A stretch of 64,000 nucleotides of DNA from Methanothrix sp. (lineage in GTDB: Archaea; Halobacteriota; Methanosarcinia; Methanotrichales; Methanotrichaceae): the NCBI GenBank assembly GCA_037128175.1, contig JBAXWY010000003.1, positions 32,001-96,000 of the forward strand, read 5' to 3'. The translations under genes were made by a program, and so were the position numbers. Under the pieces are notes generated by a model that saw only the letters and a program-made list of their open reading frames with translations, searched no databases and was not told the DNA's origin. Shown here piece by piece: positions 37,056 to 48,814 of this stretch. Every line of letters begins with the position of its first letter. The stretch's first letter is position 1.

Positions 37056-38624
37056 TCACTTTTTCCAGAACTCCGGTAACAGCAGCACCAGAGCCGTCAC
37101 TATCTCCAATCGCCCGATCCACATGCAAAAGAAGAGCAGCATCTTTCCGGCGGGATGGACCTCTGCGAAGCTGAATGTTGGCCCTACCATGCCAAAGCCC
37201 GGCCCCACGTTGCCAAGTGTGGTGGCGACAGCTGAAAGAATGGTCTCAATGGTCATGCGCGGTTCATTATAGGAGATGATGGCCAAAAGCAGCGATGCCA
37301 TGGCGAAGATAAAGATATACGTGGCCACAAATATGTTGCTGGGCCGGAGAATTTCGTCCTTTACCGGGACACCGCCCAGCTTGAGAGGAATGACCGCCTT
37401 GGGGTGAAGGACATGGAGCAGCTCCCGGTATCCGCTCTTTAATACTAATAGTATTCTTACAACCTTTATGGCACCACCAGTGGAGCCGGCGCATGCGCCG
37501 ATGATCATAAGCGACAGCAATGTGTACTTGGCAGCTGCCGTCCACTGATCGAAGTTGTCTGTGGCAAAGCCGGTGGTAGTCATAATGGTGACCACCTGGA
37601 AGCCGGCCAACTGGATCTTTCTAAAGATATCTCCCTCCAATCCGCCCCAGAGGATGATGATTGCCGTCGTCGCCAGCACGATCAGTGTATAGAATCTGAA
37701 CTCGGGATCCCTGAACAGAGCTTTTCGATCGGAGTTAAGCACTCTGTAGTGCAGGGCGAAGTTGGCTCCGGCTAAGAAACAGAACAGAGTGATGATGGCA
37801 TCGATGATCCAGCTCTTGTAGGCCATGATGCTCTGGCTCTGGGGTGAGAAGCCGCCCGTGGCCATGGAGGCAAAGGTATTGCAAAAAGAGTCGAAGAGGG
37901 GCATTTTTGCCAGGTAGAGAAGCACAATCTGGGCTATGGTCAAAAGGATGTAGACCACCCAGAGCAAACGGGCAGTCTGCTTAATGCGCGGCGTCAGGGC
38001 ATCCTTGTCCGGGCCGGGTACCTCTGCCCGGTAGAGCTGGCGTCCCGCCACGCCCAGGCGGGGCAGTATGGCTACGAATAATAGTATTATCCCCATTCCG
38101 CCCAGCCATTGGGCAAAGGACCTCCAGAAGAGCAGTCCCATGTAGGTCTTATCTATACGGCCGCTGATCTGGGGCAATGTGCCGTTGGCCGTCAGGCTCC
38201 CTAAGCCCAGCTCCAGGTGGTGCGCCAGGCTGCTGTTGGCCAGAGTCGAATTGATGATCCAGTACCCTTGGGCATTCGATTCAGTGAGTATGGAGGAGCC
38301 GGTGGTGGTAAAGGCGGACATGGACTCGAAGAGGCCGTCGATGAGGCCGGTGCCCAGGAAGACGTAAGGCAAGGCGCCAAAGAAGGCCGCTCCCAGCCAG
38401 CCCAAAGAGACAAGGGCAAAGCCCTCTTTGAGGCCCGGTTCCTCCTTGGTGGAGAGCCTTCCTAAAATTATGCCTGTGGCGAGAGTAAGAAGAGAGGTTA
38501 AGGCAAAGGCGATGACGCCACCTGTCTCTCCATAATAGGCGGCAACGGCTCCTGGTATCAGCAGCAATACCGCCAAAATCTTAAGAAGTGACGCAAATAG
38601 CCGAAGAAATACCCTGATTCTCAT
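37056..38624 (-). CDS. trkH: Trk potassium uptake membrane protein
   Basis: FTTTG, ATGGFS, TTTGF, GNVGPG pore loops; GSTGGAIK. Confidence 0.95.
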   Translation of the reverse strand: MRIRVFLRLFASLLKILAVLLLIPGAVAAYYGETGGVIAFALTSLLTLATGIILGRLSTKEEPGLKEGFALVSLGWLGAAFFGALPYVFLGTGLIDGLFESMSAFTTTGSSILTESNAQGYWIINSTLANSSLAHHLELGLGSLTANGTLPQISGRIDKTYMGLLFWRSFAQWLGGMGIILLFVAILPRLGVAGRQLYRAEVPGPDKDALTPRIKQTARLLWVVYILLTIAQIVLLYLAKMPLFDSFCNTFASMATGGFSPQSQSIMAYKSWIIDAIITLFCFLAGANFALHYRVLNSDRKALFRDPEFRFYTLIVLATTAIIILWGGLEGDIFRKIQLAGFQVVTIMTTTGFATDNFDQWTAAAKYTLLSLMIIGACAGSTGGAIKVVRILLVLKSGYRELLHVLHPKAVIPLKLGGVPVKDEILRPSNIFVATYIFIFAMASLLLAIISYNEPRMTIETILSAVATTLGNVGPGFGMVGPTFSFAEVHPAGKMLLFFCMWIGRLEIVTALVLLLPEFWKK

Positions 38625-38716
38625 CGAATAATAACACCCCAGAGGACCTGAGGGCATCCTCCTTTTGTCGGCAACTCTCCTTTCTCCCTGCTATAAAAAA
38701 TATGTGCTGGATTGAA

Positions 38717-40036
38717 TCAGGATACGAAGAGCTTCTTTACCTTGGAGACGACCTCCGGCATAGACATCACAAAGACGCGGTCTCCTTCCTTGACCTTGAA
38801 GCCTTCATCGGGCATCATAGGTTTTCCGTCTCTCAAGATCATGCCCACCATGGAATCCTTGGGCAGCTCTTTGGAGATGCTCTTTCCTATGATTTTGGCT
38901 CCAGCCTTGGCTATGAAATCCACCAGCTCCATCCGCTCGTCGCTGAGAGTGATCACCTCTTCTCCTCCGCTCACCCTCTGCAGCACGGCATCCGCAGTTA
39001 CCTGCCCTGGGCTGACTGCTCTGTCCACTCCTACCAGCTCGAAGAGCTTGATGTAATCGTATCTGTTTACCCGGGAGAGGATTTTCTTTGCACCCAGTTG
39101 CTTGGCAAGCAGTGAGCAGAGCAGGTTCTTTTCATCCAGGCCGGTGACAGCGAAGACCACATCCATATATTCAGCACCCTCTTCTTTTAAGAGCGAGATA
39201 TCAGTTCCGTCTCCATTGAGAATCATTGTACTGGAGAGCTTTTCTGCAATCTCTATGCATCGCTCTGTATTTACTTCGATCAGTTTCACATCCAGTCCCA
39301 TCTTCTCCAGCCGGCTTGCCAGGTAAAATCCAACCATTCCACCACCTACGATCAGGGCCTTATGTGGTGAGGACTCTTCGTGAAGCATTCTTCTCAGTTT
39401 GGGAAGCGATTTAGGGTCGCAAAGGAGGAAGATGTGATCACCGTAAATGATCGGATCTCCCTGCAAAGGTATGCTGATATCTCCCTTTCTGTTTATGGCC
39501 ATGATTTTGCAGCCATCCGGAAGGTTGACCTTGACCTCACCCACTGGCCCCTGCAGAGGCATTTCCTCGGTGACCTTGAACTCGATCAGCTCGACCTTGC
39601 CCCCTGCCAGTTCCCTATCCAGGAGCATGGATGGAAAATACAGAGATCTTGCCATATCCTCTGCCATGGCCAACTCCGGACAGATCATGAAGCTTATGCC
39701 GATCTCTTTTCGATCCTGAACCGGCTGATCAATATACTCTGGATTGCTGACTCTGGCAATGGTCTGGCGCACGCCTAGATGGCTGGCTATGATGCAGGTG
39801 ATCACATTCACCTCATCGTTGCCGGTCACAGCTACGACTATATCCGCTTTATTGATGCCGGCCATAATGAGCAGACGGGCATTGGCGGAATTGCCCTGCA
39901 AGACCTTAACGTCCATGTCCTGCAGCCTGGCACAGGCAGCCGGGTCCTTGTCTATGACGGTTACATCATGATCCGCGTAAAGCTCGCTGGCTATGAGAAA
40001 ACCTACCTCGCCAGCTCCGGTAATCAAGATACGCAT
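38717..40036 (-). CDS. trkA: Trk NAD-binding regulatory subunit
   Basis: Two RCK modules GAGEVG and GGGMVG. Confidence 0.95.
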   Translation of the reverse strand: MRILITGAGEVGFLIASELYADHDVTVIDKDPAACARLQDMDVKVLQGNSANARLLIMAGINKADIVVAVTGNDEVNVITCIIASHLGVRQTIARVSNPEYIDQPVQDRKEIGISFMICPELAMAEDMARSLYFPSMLLDRELAGGKVELIEFKVTEEMPLQGPVGEVKVNLPDGCKIMAINRKGDISIPLQGDPIIYGDHIFLLCDPKSLPKLRRMLHEESSPHKALIVGGGMVGFYLASRLEKMGLDVKLIEVNTERCIEIAEKLSSTMILNGDGTDISLLKEEGAEYMDVVFAVTGLDEKNLLCSLLAKQLGAKKILSRVNRYDYIKLFELVGVDRAVSPGQVTADAVLQRVSGGEEVITLSDERMELVDFIAKAGAKIIGKSISKELPKDSMVGMILRDGKPMMPDEGFKVKEGDRVFVMSMPEVVSKVKKLFVS

Positions 40037-40037
40037 G

Positions 40038-41600
40038 TTATTTCCTCCACAGTTCTGGAATAAATAATAAGAATATGGGCATCAGCTCCAGCCGGCCGAT
40101 GTACATGGCAAAGAAGCCGATCATTTTGCCAGCATCCGATATTTGCGACCAATCAAAGGTGATAATGCCAAAGCCCGGACCCACGCCCCCCATGCAGGAA
40201 GCTATGCCTGCGGCCACGACTTGCAGATCCACTCGTGGGTCGCCGGACGAGACCATGGCCAGTAGCAGAGATAGAGCCAGCCAGATTGCCAGGTAGAAGA
40301 AGGAGTAGAAGAGCATGGGCCGAAGAACCTCTTCCTGCACACGAGCCTCACCAAGACGCACTGACATCACTGCACGAGGATGAATCATATGGCGAAGTTC
40401 GTTGTAGGCGTATTTCAGGCCCACCAGAAGCCTTCCTACTTTGATGCCTCCGGCAGTCGAGCCGATGCAGCCTCCGATGAGCATGACCATAATCAAAGCC
40501 AGCTTTGCCGCGGTGGTCCATTTATCATAATCCAGCGAATTGACAAAGCCGCACGTTCCCATGAATGATATAACCTGGAAAGATGCAAACCGGAAGCGTT
40601 CTGCCAGATCCCCATCTATCCCGCCGAAGAAGAGCAGGACCGCGGTGGCTATTGCCAGGACAATGATCATGAACCTGAATTCTTCGTCTTTAAGCCAGGC
40701 CAGCCGGTCTGAGGTGAGGGCTTTGTAGTGCAGCGTTAAGCTGGACATGCCAAGGACTATAAAAACTGCGACAATTGCTTCGATAATAGGGCTATTGTAG
40801 GCGGCGATACTGGATGCCTGGGGAGAGAAGCCGCCTGTGGCCAGGGTAGAGAAAGCTGTGCACACGGCATCGTAAAAAGGCATGCCTGCTGCGTAAAGTA
40901 GTATTATCTGCAGGCCATTGAAGAGCAGATACACCTTCCAGAGAATTCTGGCAGTGGCAGTGGCCCGCGGCGTGATGGTCTCCTTGGATGGCCCTACCGT
41001 CTCGGCCCGGTAGAGCTGGAGGCCGGCGACGCGCAGTTGGGGAAAGATGGCCACCACCATCAAAATTATGCCCAGACCTCCGATGAGCTGCTGGAAAGAG
41101 CGCCAGAAGAGCAGGCCATAAAATGTCTGGCTATTTATGGCCTGGAAGGCGATATTGTAGCCCGCCATGTCGCCTGTCACCCCATTAATAAGAGCGGTGC
41201 AGATACTATTATTGACCAGAGTGGAATTGACAATGTAGTACCCTCTGGCGTTTGACTCTACAAGGATCGTAGCTCCAGTTGCCGAGAAGCCTGATACCGA
41301 CTCGAAGAGGGCATCGACTGGCCCCAGGCCCTGAAATACAAAGGGCAAAGCCCCGAAGAACGTGGCAGCGAGCCATCCCAAAGAGACGGCAGCGAAGGCC
41401 TCTTTATTGCCCACGTCTCCTTTTGTCCCCAGCCGACCGAGGATGATGCCCGCGCCTATGGAGAGCAGAGAAGTCAGGGCAAAGGCGGCAATTCCACTGG
41501 TTTCATGGTAGTAGGCAGAGACTAATCCCGGCACTAAGAGCAACAAACCCATGATCTTCAGCACGGTGCCGATAATATCAAAGACGATTCTGAGCTTCAT
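40038..41600 (-). CDS. trkH: Trk potassium uptake membrane protein (second paralog)
   Basis: FSATG, ATGGFS, GTCGF, GGVGPG pore loops; GSTAGGIK. Confidence 0.93.
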   Translation of the reverse strand: MKLRIVFDIIGTVLKIMGLLLLVPGLVSAYYHETSGIAAFALTSLLSIGAGIILGRLGTKGDVGNKEAFAAVSLGWLAATFFGALPFVFQGLGPVDALFESVSGFSATGATILVESNARGYYIVNSTLVNNSICTALINGVTGDMAGYNIAFQAINSQTFYGLLFWRSFQQLIGGLGIILMVVAIFPQLRVAGLQLYRAETVGPSKETITPRATATARILWKVYLLFNGLQIILLYAAGMPFYDAVCTAFSTLATGGFSPQASSIAAYNSPIIEAIVAVFIVLGMSSLTLHYKALTSDRLAWLKDEEFRFMIIVLAIATAVLLFFGGIDGDLAERFRFASFQVISFMGTCGFVNSLDYDKWTTAAKLALIMVMLIGGCIGSTAGGIKVGRLLVGLKYAYNELRHMIHPRAVMSVRLGEARVQEEVLRPMLFYSFFYLAIWLALSLLLAMVSSGDPRVDLQVVAAGIASCMGGVGPGFGIITFDWSQISDAGKMIGFFAMYIGRLELMPIFLLFIPELWRK

Positions 41601-41967
41601 TCTCCCTCACGCTATTCAAGCCTAGGGTTCAAGCTTTAAGAGCGTAGAACTAGGTTCGAGCATATAGGAATTGATACACCATATTCCTGTAGAGAAAAAA
41701 GATCCCTCTAGCGGATCATAGCAGCATCCTACGGCATCCATCCTGGCGCGGATGGATTGGCCGCTAATGTCTCTTGTCATGATTAAATGGTAGCTGAATT
41801 TTTTCAAAGTTTCAAACCTCTGTCAACTGCCCATTGGAGAGTTTTCATGCCGCGGATAAATTGGCATCCTGGCGAAAGCTGTAGTCACACATCCCTCCAG
41901 TGTGCAATTGATTCCATCTGAGGCTCGCCGTAGTAGCGATCTTAGGATATAAAAGTTTCCGTTTAAT

Positions 41968-43947
41968 TTATATTGTATCTTTGTGCACGACGAATTCGTG
42001 GCTCCGATCTAAAGCCAGGGCCAGGATGTTCGTGAATGCTTCCAGTAACCTCTTCTGCTCAGGCAGCAAGAGCTGTTCCGCCTTGCCCAGTCCCACACCC
42101 AGCACTCCAATGGTGACGTCTTTGGTCTTGAGGGGCAGGTAAAAGAGCGTCGCTGAGGAAAGAGTCTGTGTGCCGTGTCCTGCTTCCTGGCCGTGTCTGA
42201 GGACCCAGGTGGCCACACCCAGCTTGCGTTCATCAAATATCAGGTGTTCTCCCATCTTGGCCCGTTCCTTGAGCCGTCCGGTTTCATCAGGGAGCAGGAT
42301 CATCACTTCACACTCGAAGGCTTCTGCAATCTCTCGGGCGGCACAGCTTAAAAGCTCCTCCCCGTTTCCGGCTGCCATGAGGTTACGACTAAAGGAATAA
42401 AGATTGGAGACAAAACGCTCCCTTTGGCGAGCGCTCTCGCCCTGCCATCTCACCAGATCCGCCAGAAAACTGGTTATTATTCCAACTATTACGAAGACGA
42501 TGAACACGGGCAAATAGTGCAGATCTTCAACTGCCAATGTCATTTTGGGTGGTACGAAGAAGAAATCCAGGGCGCCTACGGCCAGGAGCGATGTGATCAG
42601 ACCTGAGCGCCTACCCCAGGTCATTCCACTGTAGATCACAGGCAAAAGCAGGATCATGGCGATGTTAATGAGGCCCAGCTGGCTTTGCAGCGGCCAGCAA
42701 AAGGCGACCGTTGCCGCTACGATTAAGAGGCTGCCGGAGAGCTGCCGCCAGTTCATGTCGCCTGCAAGCGACGCTGCCTCATGTTTAGCCAGATCGGCCT
42801 CTGCGCCGCCTATGACGAGCACATGGATCTGTCCGCTCCGTTTTATGATCTCGTTTACCACTGATCCTCTCCACCATCTGTTCCACAAACGGCGACGCGG
42901 CAGTCCGACGACGATTACCGTGATATTACGCTCTCTGGAGAAGGCGATGACCTCCTCGGCGATATTCTGTGCGCTAAGAACCTGGACCTTTGCCCCCAGC
43001 TCCCTCGCCAGCGTTAAGTTATGCGCCAGTTGATTCCGAGCGGCCTGTGTTGATGAGGTCTCCTCTGGAGATTCTACATAAACCGCGAACCACTCGCCAT
43101 CCTGGTCTGCAGCCATGCGCTGCCCTATGCGTATCAGCCGCTCGGAGAAGGTACTGGCGTTTATGCAGACCAACAATCTTGATCCGGCCGGCCAGGGTCC
43201 CAGGATGCCATGCCCCTCCATGTAGGTGCGCATGTCCTCATCCACCATGCGGGCAGCATATCTGAGAGCTATCTCTCGCAGTCCCAGCAGGTTGCCTTTG
43301 CGGAAAAAGCGCTGCACGGCTTGCTCTGCCTGGGAGGGCAGGTACACTTTGCCATCCTTAAACCGCTGTAGCAGATCCTCCGGAGTCAGGTCTACAACTT
43401 CGATCTCATCTGCTTTCTCCAGTATCCTGTCCGGCAGAGTCTCTCGAACCCTCACGCCCGTTATCTGAAATATGATATCGTTGAGGCTCTCAATATGCTG
43501 GATGTTCAGGGTTGTGTAGACGCTGATGCCCGCATCCAGCAGCTCTTCTACATCCTGGTAGCGCTTGGCATGACGAAGGTTGGGTGCATTGGTATGAGCC
43601 AGTTCATCCACCAGGGCGATGGCCGGATGGCGTGCCAGGACTGCGTCCAGATCCATCTCCTGGGTCTCCAGACCGCCTCGATCGAGACGGCAGCGAGGAG
43701 TCTCCTCCAGTCCCTCCAGCAGAACCTCTGTCTCATGCCGTCCATGTGTCTCCACCAGTGCGACAACGACATCCACACAGCTCTTTTTTAGTTGCTGCGC
43801 TTCTTCCAGCATTTGATAGGTCTTGCCGACGCCTGCCGCCGCGCCAAGGATGATCTTGAGATGTCCACGGCTGCTGCTGGCCACGCTTTCCTCATGCTGA
43901 ATCCGCTCTAATAATTGATCCGGATCCGGACGGCAATCCTTCTCCAT
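41968..43947 (-). CDS. kdpD: KdpD sensor lacking the histidine kinase core
   Basis: GAAAGVGKTY..L, VDELAHTN, USP domain, TM region, GAF; ends at 659 aa before HisKA. Confidence 0.9.
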   Translation of the reverse strand: MEKDCRPDPDQLLERIQHEESVASSSRGHLKIILGAAAGVGKTYQMLEEAQQLKKSCVDVVVALVETHGRHETEVLLEGLEETPRCRLDRGGLETQEMDLDAVLARHPAIALVDELAHTNAPNLRHAKRYQDVEELLDAGISVYTTLNIQHIESLNDIIFQITGVRVRETLPDRILEKADEIEVVDLTPEDLLQRFKDGKVYLPSQAEQAVQRFFRKGNLLGLREIALRYAARMVDEDMRTYMEGHGILGPWPAGSRLLVCINASTFSERLIRIGQRMAADQDGEWFAVYVESPEETSSTQAARNQLAHNLTLARELGAKVQVLSAQNIAEEVIAFSRERNITVIVVGLPRRRLWNRWWRGSVVNEIIKRSGQIHVLVIGGAEADLAKHEAASLAGDMNWRQLSGSLLIVAATVAFCWPLQSQLGLINIAMILLLPVIYSGMTWGRRSGLITSLLAVGALDFFFVPPKMTLAVEDLHYLPVFIVFVIVGIITSFLADLVRWQGESARQRERFVSNLYSFSRNLMAAGNGEELLSCAAREIAEAFECEVMILLPDETGRLKERAKMGEHLIFDERKLGVATWVLRHGQEAGHGTQTLSSATLFYLPLKTKDVTIGVLGVGLGKAEQLLLPEQKRLLEAFTNILALALDRSHEFVVHKDTI

Positions 43948-43950
43948 TGT

Positions 43951-44544
43951 CTAACTCTCCCTCATCGCCTCATCCAGGGCCAGGTTAAGCCTGAGCACGT
44001 TTACCCTCTCCTGCCCCAGAATGCCTAGCATGGCAGGCTCAACGTTCTGATCGATCAGCGCCTGCACCGCAGAATGAGTGAGACCTCTCGCTCCGGCCAC
44101 GCGCGCCACCTGCTCTATTGCTCCCTGCCGGCTTATGTGCGGGTCCAGGCCGCTGCCTGAGGCCAGGACCAGATCCGCGGGCACGCTCTGATCTGAGGGC
44201 AGCCTATCCTCACGCCGGACTTGATCTATCCTTCGGCTCACCTCTTCCATAAGCCTGGCACTGGTTGGCCCGAGGTTGCTGGCACCAGAGCCGTTGGCGC
44301 TGTAATTGACATAAGAAGGCCGTCCATGGAAATAGCCAGGGCTCTGGAAAGTCTGGCCGATGAGCTCTGAGCCCACGATTCTGCCGTCAACTACAATCAG
44401 GCTTCCTTCGGCCTTGGCCGGCATGGTCGTCTGGACTATGCCGGTTATGAACAGAGGATAGGCAATACCTGTGAGCAGAGTGAAGGCCAGGAACAGAATC
44501 ACTGCAGGCCTTATTTCTTTTGCATATTCGAACATCTTCCTCAC
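43951..44544 (-). CDS. kdpC: K+-transporting ATPase C subunit
   Basis: [43 protein letters not shown]. Confidence 0.97.
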   Translation of the reverse strand: MRKMFEYAKEIRPAVILFLAFTLLTGIAYPLFITGIVQTTMPAKAEGSLIVVDGRIVGSELIGQTFQSPGYFHGRPSYVNYSANGSGASNLGPTSARLMEEVSRRIDQVRREDRLPSDQSVPADLVLASGSGLDPHISRQGAIEQVARVAGARGLTHSAVQALIDQNVEPAMLGILGQERVNVLRLNLALDEAMRES

Positions 44545-46592
44545 TCCAAATGCAGGAAAATAACCAGCATATCGATCAGCTTGATGCCGATGAAAGGCAC
44601 GGCCAGTCCGCCCAGGCCATAGAATAGCAAATTGCGTCGCAGCAGCTGTGAGGCCGTCGTGGGTGTGTAGCGCACACCCCGCAGTGATAGTGGTATCAAG
44701 AGCGGGATGATGATGGCATTGAAGATAATCGCAGAAAGCACCGCGCTGCTCGGCGTAGCCAGATGCATGACGTTCAGCGCACTGAGCATGGGATACTCGG
44801 CCGCAAATATGGCTGGGATGATGGCAAAGTACTTTGAGACATCATTGGCCACGCTAAATGTGGTCAGCGCCCCTCTGGTAATCAATATCTGTTTGCCTAT
44901 CTCCACTATATCCAGCAGTTTGGCAGGATTGGAGTCCAGATCCACCATGTTGGCTGCCTCCCTGGCGGCCTGTGTTCCTGCATTCATGGCCACGGCCACA
45001 TCCGCCTGGGCCAGAGCCGGAGCATCGTTGGTGCCGTCTCCAATCATTGCCACCAGGTGCCCTCCCCTCTGATATTTTCGAATGGCCTCCAGCTTGACCT
45101 CGGGACGGGCCTGGCCGATGAAGTCATCGATTCCAGCCTCCGCGGCGATGGCTGCAGCGGTCATGGGATTGTCTCCCGTGATCATGACGGAGCGAATGCC
45201 AACCAATCGCAGGCGAGATAGGCGCTCCTTGATATTCTCTTTGAGTACATCCTTCAGACGGACGGCCCCCAAAATCCTCGCGCCATCGGCGACCACCAGA
45301 GGTGTGCCGCCATCTCTCGCAATGCTGTCAACTGCAGTTCTGATGCTCTCAGGCATTGTGCCGCCCTTATTTTTCACATATTCCTCAATGGCGTCATGGG
45401 CACCTTTGCGAATCTCCCCCTCGCTCCAGTCTATGCCGCTCATGCGCGTCTCGGCGCTAAAGGGGATGAATGAGGAGCCCTCCGGCGCCCGGATATCTCT
45501 GCCGCGGATGCCCAGAGTCTCCTTGCACAGATCAACTATGCTGCGCCCTTCCGGCGTCACGTCCGCCAGTGAGGAGTACATTGCTGCATAAGCCAGCTCT
45601 TCTTTCGTCACTCCCTCGGCTGGCAGGAACTGTGTGGCCATCCTGTTTCCTAGGGTGATGGTGCCGGTCTTGTCCATGAGCACCACATCCACGTCGCCCG
45701 AGGCCTCCACGGCTCTTCCGCTCATGGCGATGACATTATGCGAAAGCAGCCGGTCCATGCCGGCGATGCCGATGGCGGGCAGCAGGCCGCCGATGGTGGT
45801 AGGCATCAGGCAGACCAGCAGCGCCACCAGCACAGGCACGGGAACGATGATACCCATGTACCCGGCAAAGACATCCAGGGTGATTACCACCACCATGAAC
45901 AGCCCGGTGAGACCAATGAGCAATATCTCCAGGGCCTGCTCATTGGGTGTCTTCTGGCGCTTGGCGCTCTCCACCATTCCTATCATCTGGTCCAGGAAGG
46001 TCTTGCCCGGGTCCGCAGTGATGAGGATCTTGATCTTCCCGGAGAGTACTCTAGTTCCGCCAGTGACGCCGCAGAGGTCGCCTCCCGCTTCGCGGACTAC
46101 AGGTGCCGATTCGCCCGTGATGGCTGATTCGTCCACAAGTGCGACTCCTTCTACGATCTCGCCGTCGCTGGGGATGGTCTCGCCGTCCTTTGCCAGGACA
46201 AGATCGCCTTTGACAAGCAGCAGGGCAGAAACCTGCTCAATGCTGCCATTGGCCAGCAATCTTTGGGCTATGGCCTCGCTCTTCGCCTGGCGAAGGGTCT
46301 CGGCCTGAGCCCGGCCCCGTCCTTCCGCCAGAGCCTCAGCGAAATTAGCGAAGAGTATGGTGAACCACAGCCAGAGGCTGATCTGGCCGTCGAATCCCGC
46401 ATTCCCGCCTGAGATCAAATCGCGCGCCGTGATCAGAGTAGTCAGGATGGCGCCTATCTCCACGGCGAGCATTACCGGGCTACGCCAGAGGCGGCGCGGG
46501 TCCAGCTTGGGGATGGAATCTAAAATTGCCTGTTTTATCTGAGAAGTCTGCCATAAATCGGACTTATTGATGTGCATATTATCCCTCCTCAA
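44541..46592 (-). CDS. kdpB: K+-transporting P-type ATPase B subunit
   Basis: [33 protein letters not shown]. Confidence 0.98.
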   Translation of the reverse strand: MRRDNMHINKSDLWQTSQIKQAILDSIPKLDPRRLWRSPVMLAVEIGAILTTLITARDLISGGNAGFDGQISLWLWFTILFANFAEALAEGRGRAQAETLRQAKSEAIAQRLLANGSIEQVSALLLVKGDLVLAKDGETIPSDGEIVEGVALVDESAITGESAPVVREAGGDLCGVTGGTRVLSGKIKILITADPGKTFLDQMIGMVESAKRQKTPNEQALEILLIGLTGLFMVVVITLDVFAGYMGIIVPVPVLVALLVCLMPTTIGGLLPAIGIAGMDRLLSHNVIAMSGRAVEASGDVDVVLMDKTGTITLGNRMATQFLPAEGVTKEELAYAAMYSSLADVTPEGRSIVDLCKETLGIRGRDIRAPEGSSFIPFSAETRMSGIDWSEGEIRKGAHDAIEEYVKNKGGTMPESIRTAVDSIARDGGTPLVVADGARILGAVRLKDVLKENIKERLSRLRLVGIRSVMITGDNPMTAAAIAAEAGIDDFIGQARPEVKLEAIRKYQRGGHLVAMIGDGTNDAPALAQADVAVAMNAGTQAAREAANMVDLDSNPAKLLDIVEIGKQILITRGALTTFSVANDVSKYFAIIPAIFAAEYPMLSALNVMHLATPSSAVLSAIIFNAIIIPLLIPLSLRGVRYTPTTASQLLRRNLLFYGLGGLAVPFIGIKLIDMLVIFLHLE

Positions 46593-48292
46593 AAGGTCCT
46601 GCCCGCCTGCATCATCAGGTGCTCGAGTATGGGGCCAAGCACAAAGACGGGGAAGAAGGTCAGAGCCCCGACTATGATGATCGTGCCTACCAGCATGATC
46701 ACGAAGAGCGGACTGGCGACCGGGAAGGTAGCCGTGTTGGCAGGCACTATTCTCTTTGCCGCCAGGGAGCCGGCTATGGCCAGCGCCGGCAATATCGTAG
46801 CAAATCTACCCACCAGCATCGCCAGAGACAGGGTCAGGTTGTAGAAGGTGGTGTTGGCATTCAGGCCGGCAAAGGCGGACCCGTTATTGCCGCAGGCCGA
46901 GGCGAAGGCATAGAGTATCTCAGTAAGTGAGTGCGGCCCGCCGTTGTTCAGACTAAAGAGGCCCTGGGGCAGTACTATGGCAAGACCTGCCAGCATCAGC
47001 AGAACTATGGAAGGTGCCAGCAAACCGATGACTGCCATTCTCATCTCGAAGGGCTCCAGTTTTTTGCCGAAGAGCTCGGGAGTGCGGCCGATCATGAGGC
47101 CGGCTAAGAACATGGTCATGATGGCATAGAAGAAAATGCCTATCAGTCCCACCCCGACTCCGCCGAAGATCACCTCGCCGATGACCATGTTGAAGAGCAG
47201 AACTAAGCCGGCTAGAGGCATCATGCTGTCGTGCATGCTGTTCACGGCTCCATCTGAGGTCACTGTAGTAGACTGTGCAAAGAGCACCGATGACACTATG
47301 CCAAAGCGCACTTCTTTGCCTTCCATATTAACACCGCCCGCCACGCCCAGCTTCTCCAGCAAGGGGCTCCCCTGTCCTTCCGCCCAGAGGGCGAGGCCCA
47401 AACCCATCAGGTAGAGGATGGACATGGCCGCAAATATGGCCCAGCCCTGTCTGGGGTTATTGACCAGTGCGCCAAAGGCGAAGGGGAGCGATGCCGCTAT
47501 GAGCAGCATGGCCAACACCTGCAGGAAGTTGGTGAGGGGCGTGGGGTTCTCAAAAGGATGGGCGGAGTTGGCATTGAAGAAGCCGCCTCCATTGGTTCCC
47601 AGGAGCTTGATGGCCTCCTGCGAAGCCACGGGCCCTATTGAAATGACCTGCTCACCTCCCTCAAGGGTCTGGGCAATGACATTGGGGCCCAGGGTCTGAA
47701 TCATGCCTTGGGACGCAAATAAGAGAGCCCAGATGAGGGCCAGGGGCAGCAGAAGATAGAGCACCGACCGGGTGAGGTCGACCCAGAAATTCCCCAGGGT
47801 GGCGGCATTCTTGCGAGTGAAGCCTCGAATGACGGCCATGGCTGCAGATAGCCCCACAGCGGCTGAGAGGAAATTTTGCACAGTCAAGCCCAGCATTTGG
47901 GTGAGGTAGCTCATTGTCTGCTCGCCGCTGTAAGACTGCCAGTTGGTGTTGGTGGTGAAGGAGACGGCGGTATTGAGGGCCGTATCCCAGCGAACCGCCC
48001 CCAGGCTCTGTGGATTGAAAGGAAGAAAACCCTGCAATTCCTGCAGCAAAAAGACGGCCGCCAGACCAAAGGCATTGAAGATCAAGAGAGCGGAAACGTA
48101 GCTCTTCCAGGACATCTCTCTTGTCTCGTCCACGCCCGCCATTCTGTAAAATGCCCGTTCGACAGGCCGGAAGAGAGGCGTTACTCGGGTAGGCTCGCCA
48201 TTGATAACTTTCGCAATATATCTTCCCGTAGGCAACGCCAGAACTATCAGGGTGCCTAACAACAGGGCTATGTATGCAAATTCCATTGACAT
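46589..48292 (-). CDS. kdpA: K+-transporting ATPase A subunit
   Basis: [31 protein letters not shown]. Confidence 0.98.
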   Translation of the reverse strand: MSMEFAYIALLLGTLIVLALPTGRYIAKVINGEPTRVTPLFRPVERAFYRMAGVDETREMSWKSYVSALLIFNAFGLAAVFLLQELQGFLPFNPQSLGAVRWDTALNTAVSFTTNTNWQSYSGEQTMSYLTQMLGLTVQNFLSAAVGLSAAMAVIRGFTRKNAATLGNFWVDLTRSVLYLLLPLALIWALLFASQGMIQTLGPNVIAQTLEGGEQVISIGPVASQEAIKLLGTNGGGFFNANSAHPFENPTPLTNFLQVLAMLLIAASLPFAFGALVNNPRQGWAIFAAMSILYLMGLGLALWAEGQGSPLLEKLGVAGGVNMEGKEVRFGIVSSVLFAQSTTVTSDGAVNSMHDSMMPLAGLVLLFNMVIGEVIFGGVGVGLIGIFFYAIMTMFLAGLMIGRTPELFGKKLEPFEMRMAVIGLLAPSIVLLMLAGLAIVLPQGLFSLNNGGPHSLTEILYAFASACGNNGSAFAGLNANTTFYNLTLSLAMLVGRFATILPALAIAGSLAAKRIVPANTATFPVASPLFVIMLVGTIIIVGALTFFPVFVLGPILEHLMMQAGRTF

Positions 48293-48659
48293 TTATGTCG
48301 CCTTCGGATGAATTATCTTAAGGAGATAATCTTATCAAACTTAATAGTCTCTAAATTTATCTGGCACGTTGGCCGGATATAGAATCGCTTGATCTTGAAG
48401 AATGTCTGCAAATCCTCACAAAGACACCTTTCTTGCCGATCTTGATCATAGCGGTCCCCGCCGCTACAGTCGTCAGCCAGCCGGAGACCCTCAGACCTCC
48501 CTGTGCCATGCCAGGAATTGACTCCATTATTGATCCCTCTTACTGGAGAAGAAACGAAGAGATTTCTTACTTGCTCCTGGTCGTTCTCCATAAGAGGACA
48601 GAACATTCCGGCATTGGTATATAAAGATATCTCGACATTCGGGACTCTTCAAGAAATAG

Positions 48660-48814
48660 CTATCAAAAGGACCATACTCCTTAATTTGAAGCACGCGATC
48701 ATCAACGATGACGGCCTTCACCTTGAGATAATAAAAGCTTTCACCGCTCTTGAAGTCCAGGAGTTCGAAGCTCTTGATGATTCTATCCTGAAGTGATTCT
48801 AAAGTTCGTTGCAT
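48660..48814 (-). pseudogene. Truncated DUF6516-like toxin N-terminus
   Basis: YYLKVKAVIVDDRVLQIKEY pattern, coupled to upstream antitoxin-like ORF; expected RWDN..HH part absent. Confidence 0.4.

Noticed and set aside
41620-41960. Hairpin ATCCATCC-N6-GGATGGAT upstream of trkH as a riboswitch
   Set aside because: Single stem only; no recognisable aptamer consensus
48300-48640. kdpF or IS remnant upstream of kdpA
   Set aside because: No short hydrophobic KdpF-like ORF, terminal repeats or transposase motif identifiable by eye
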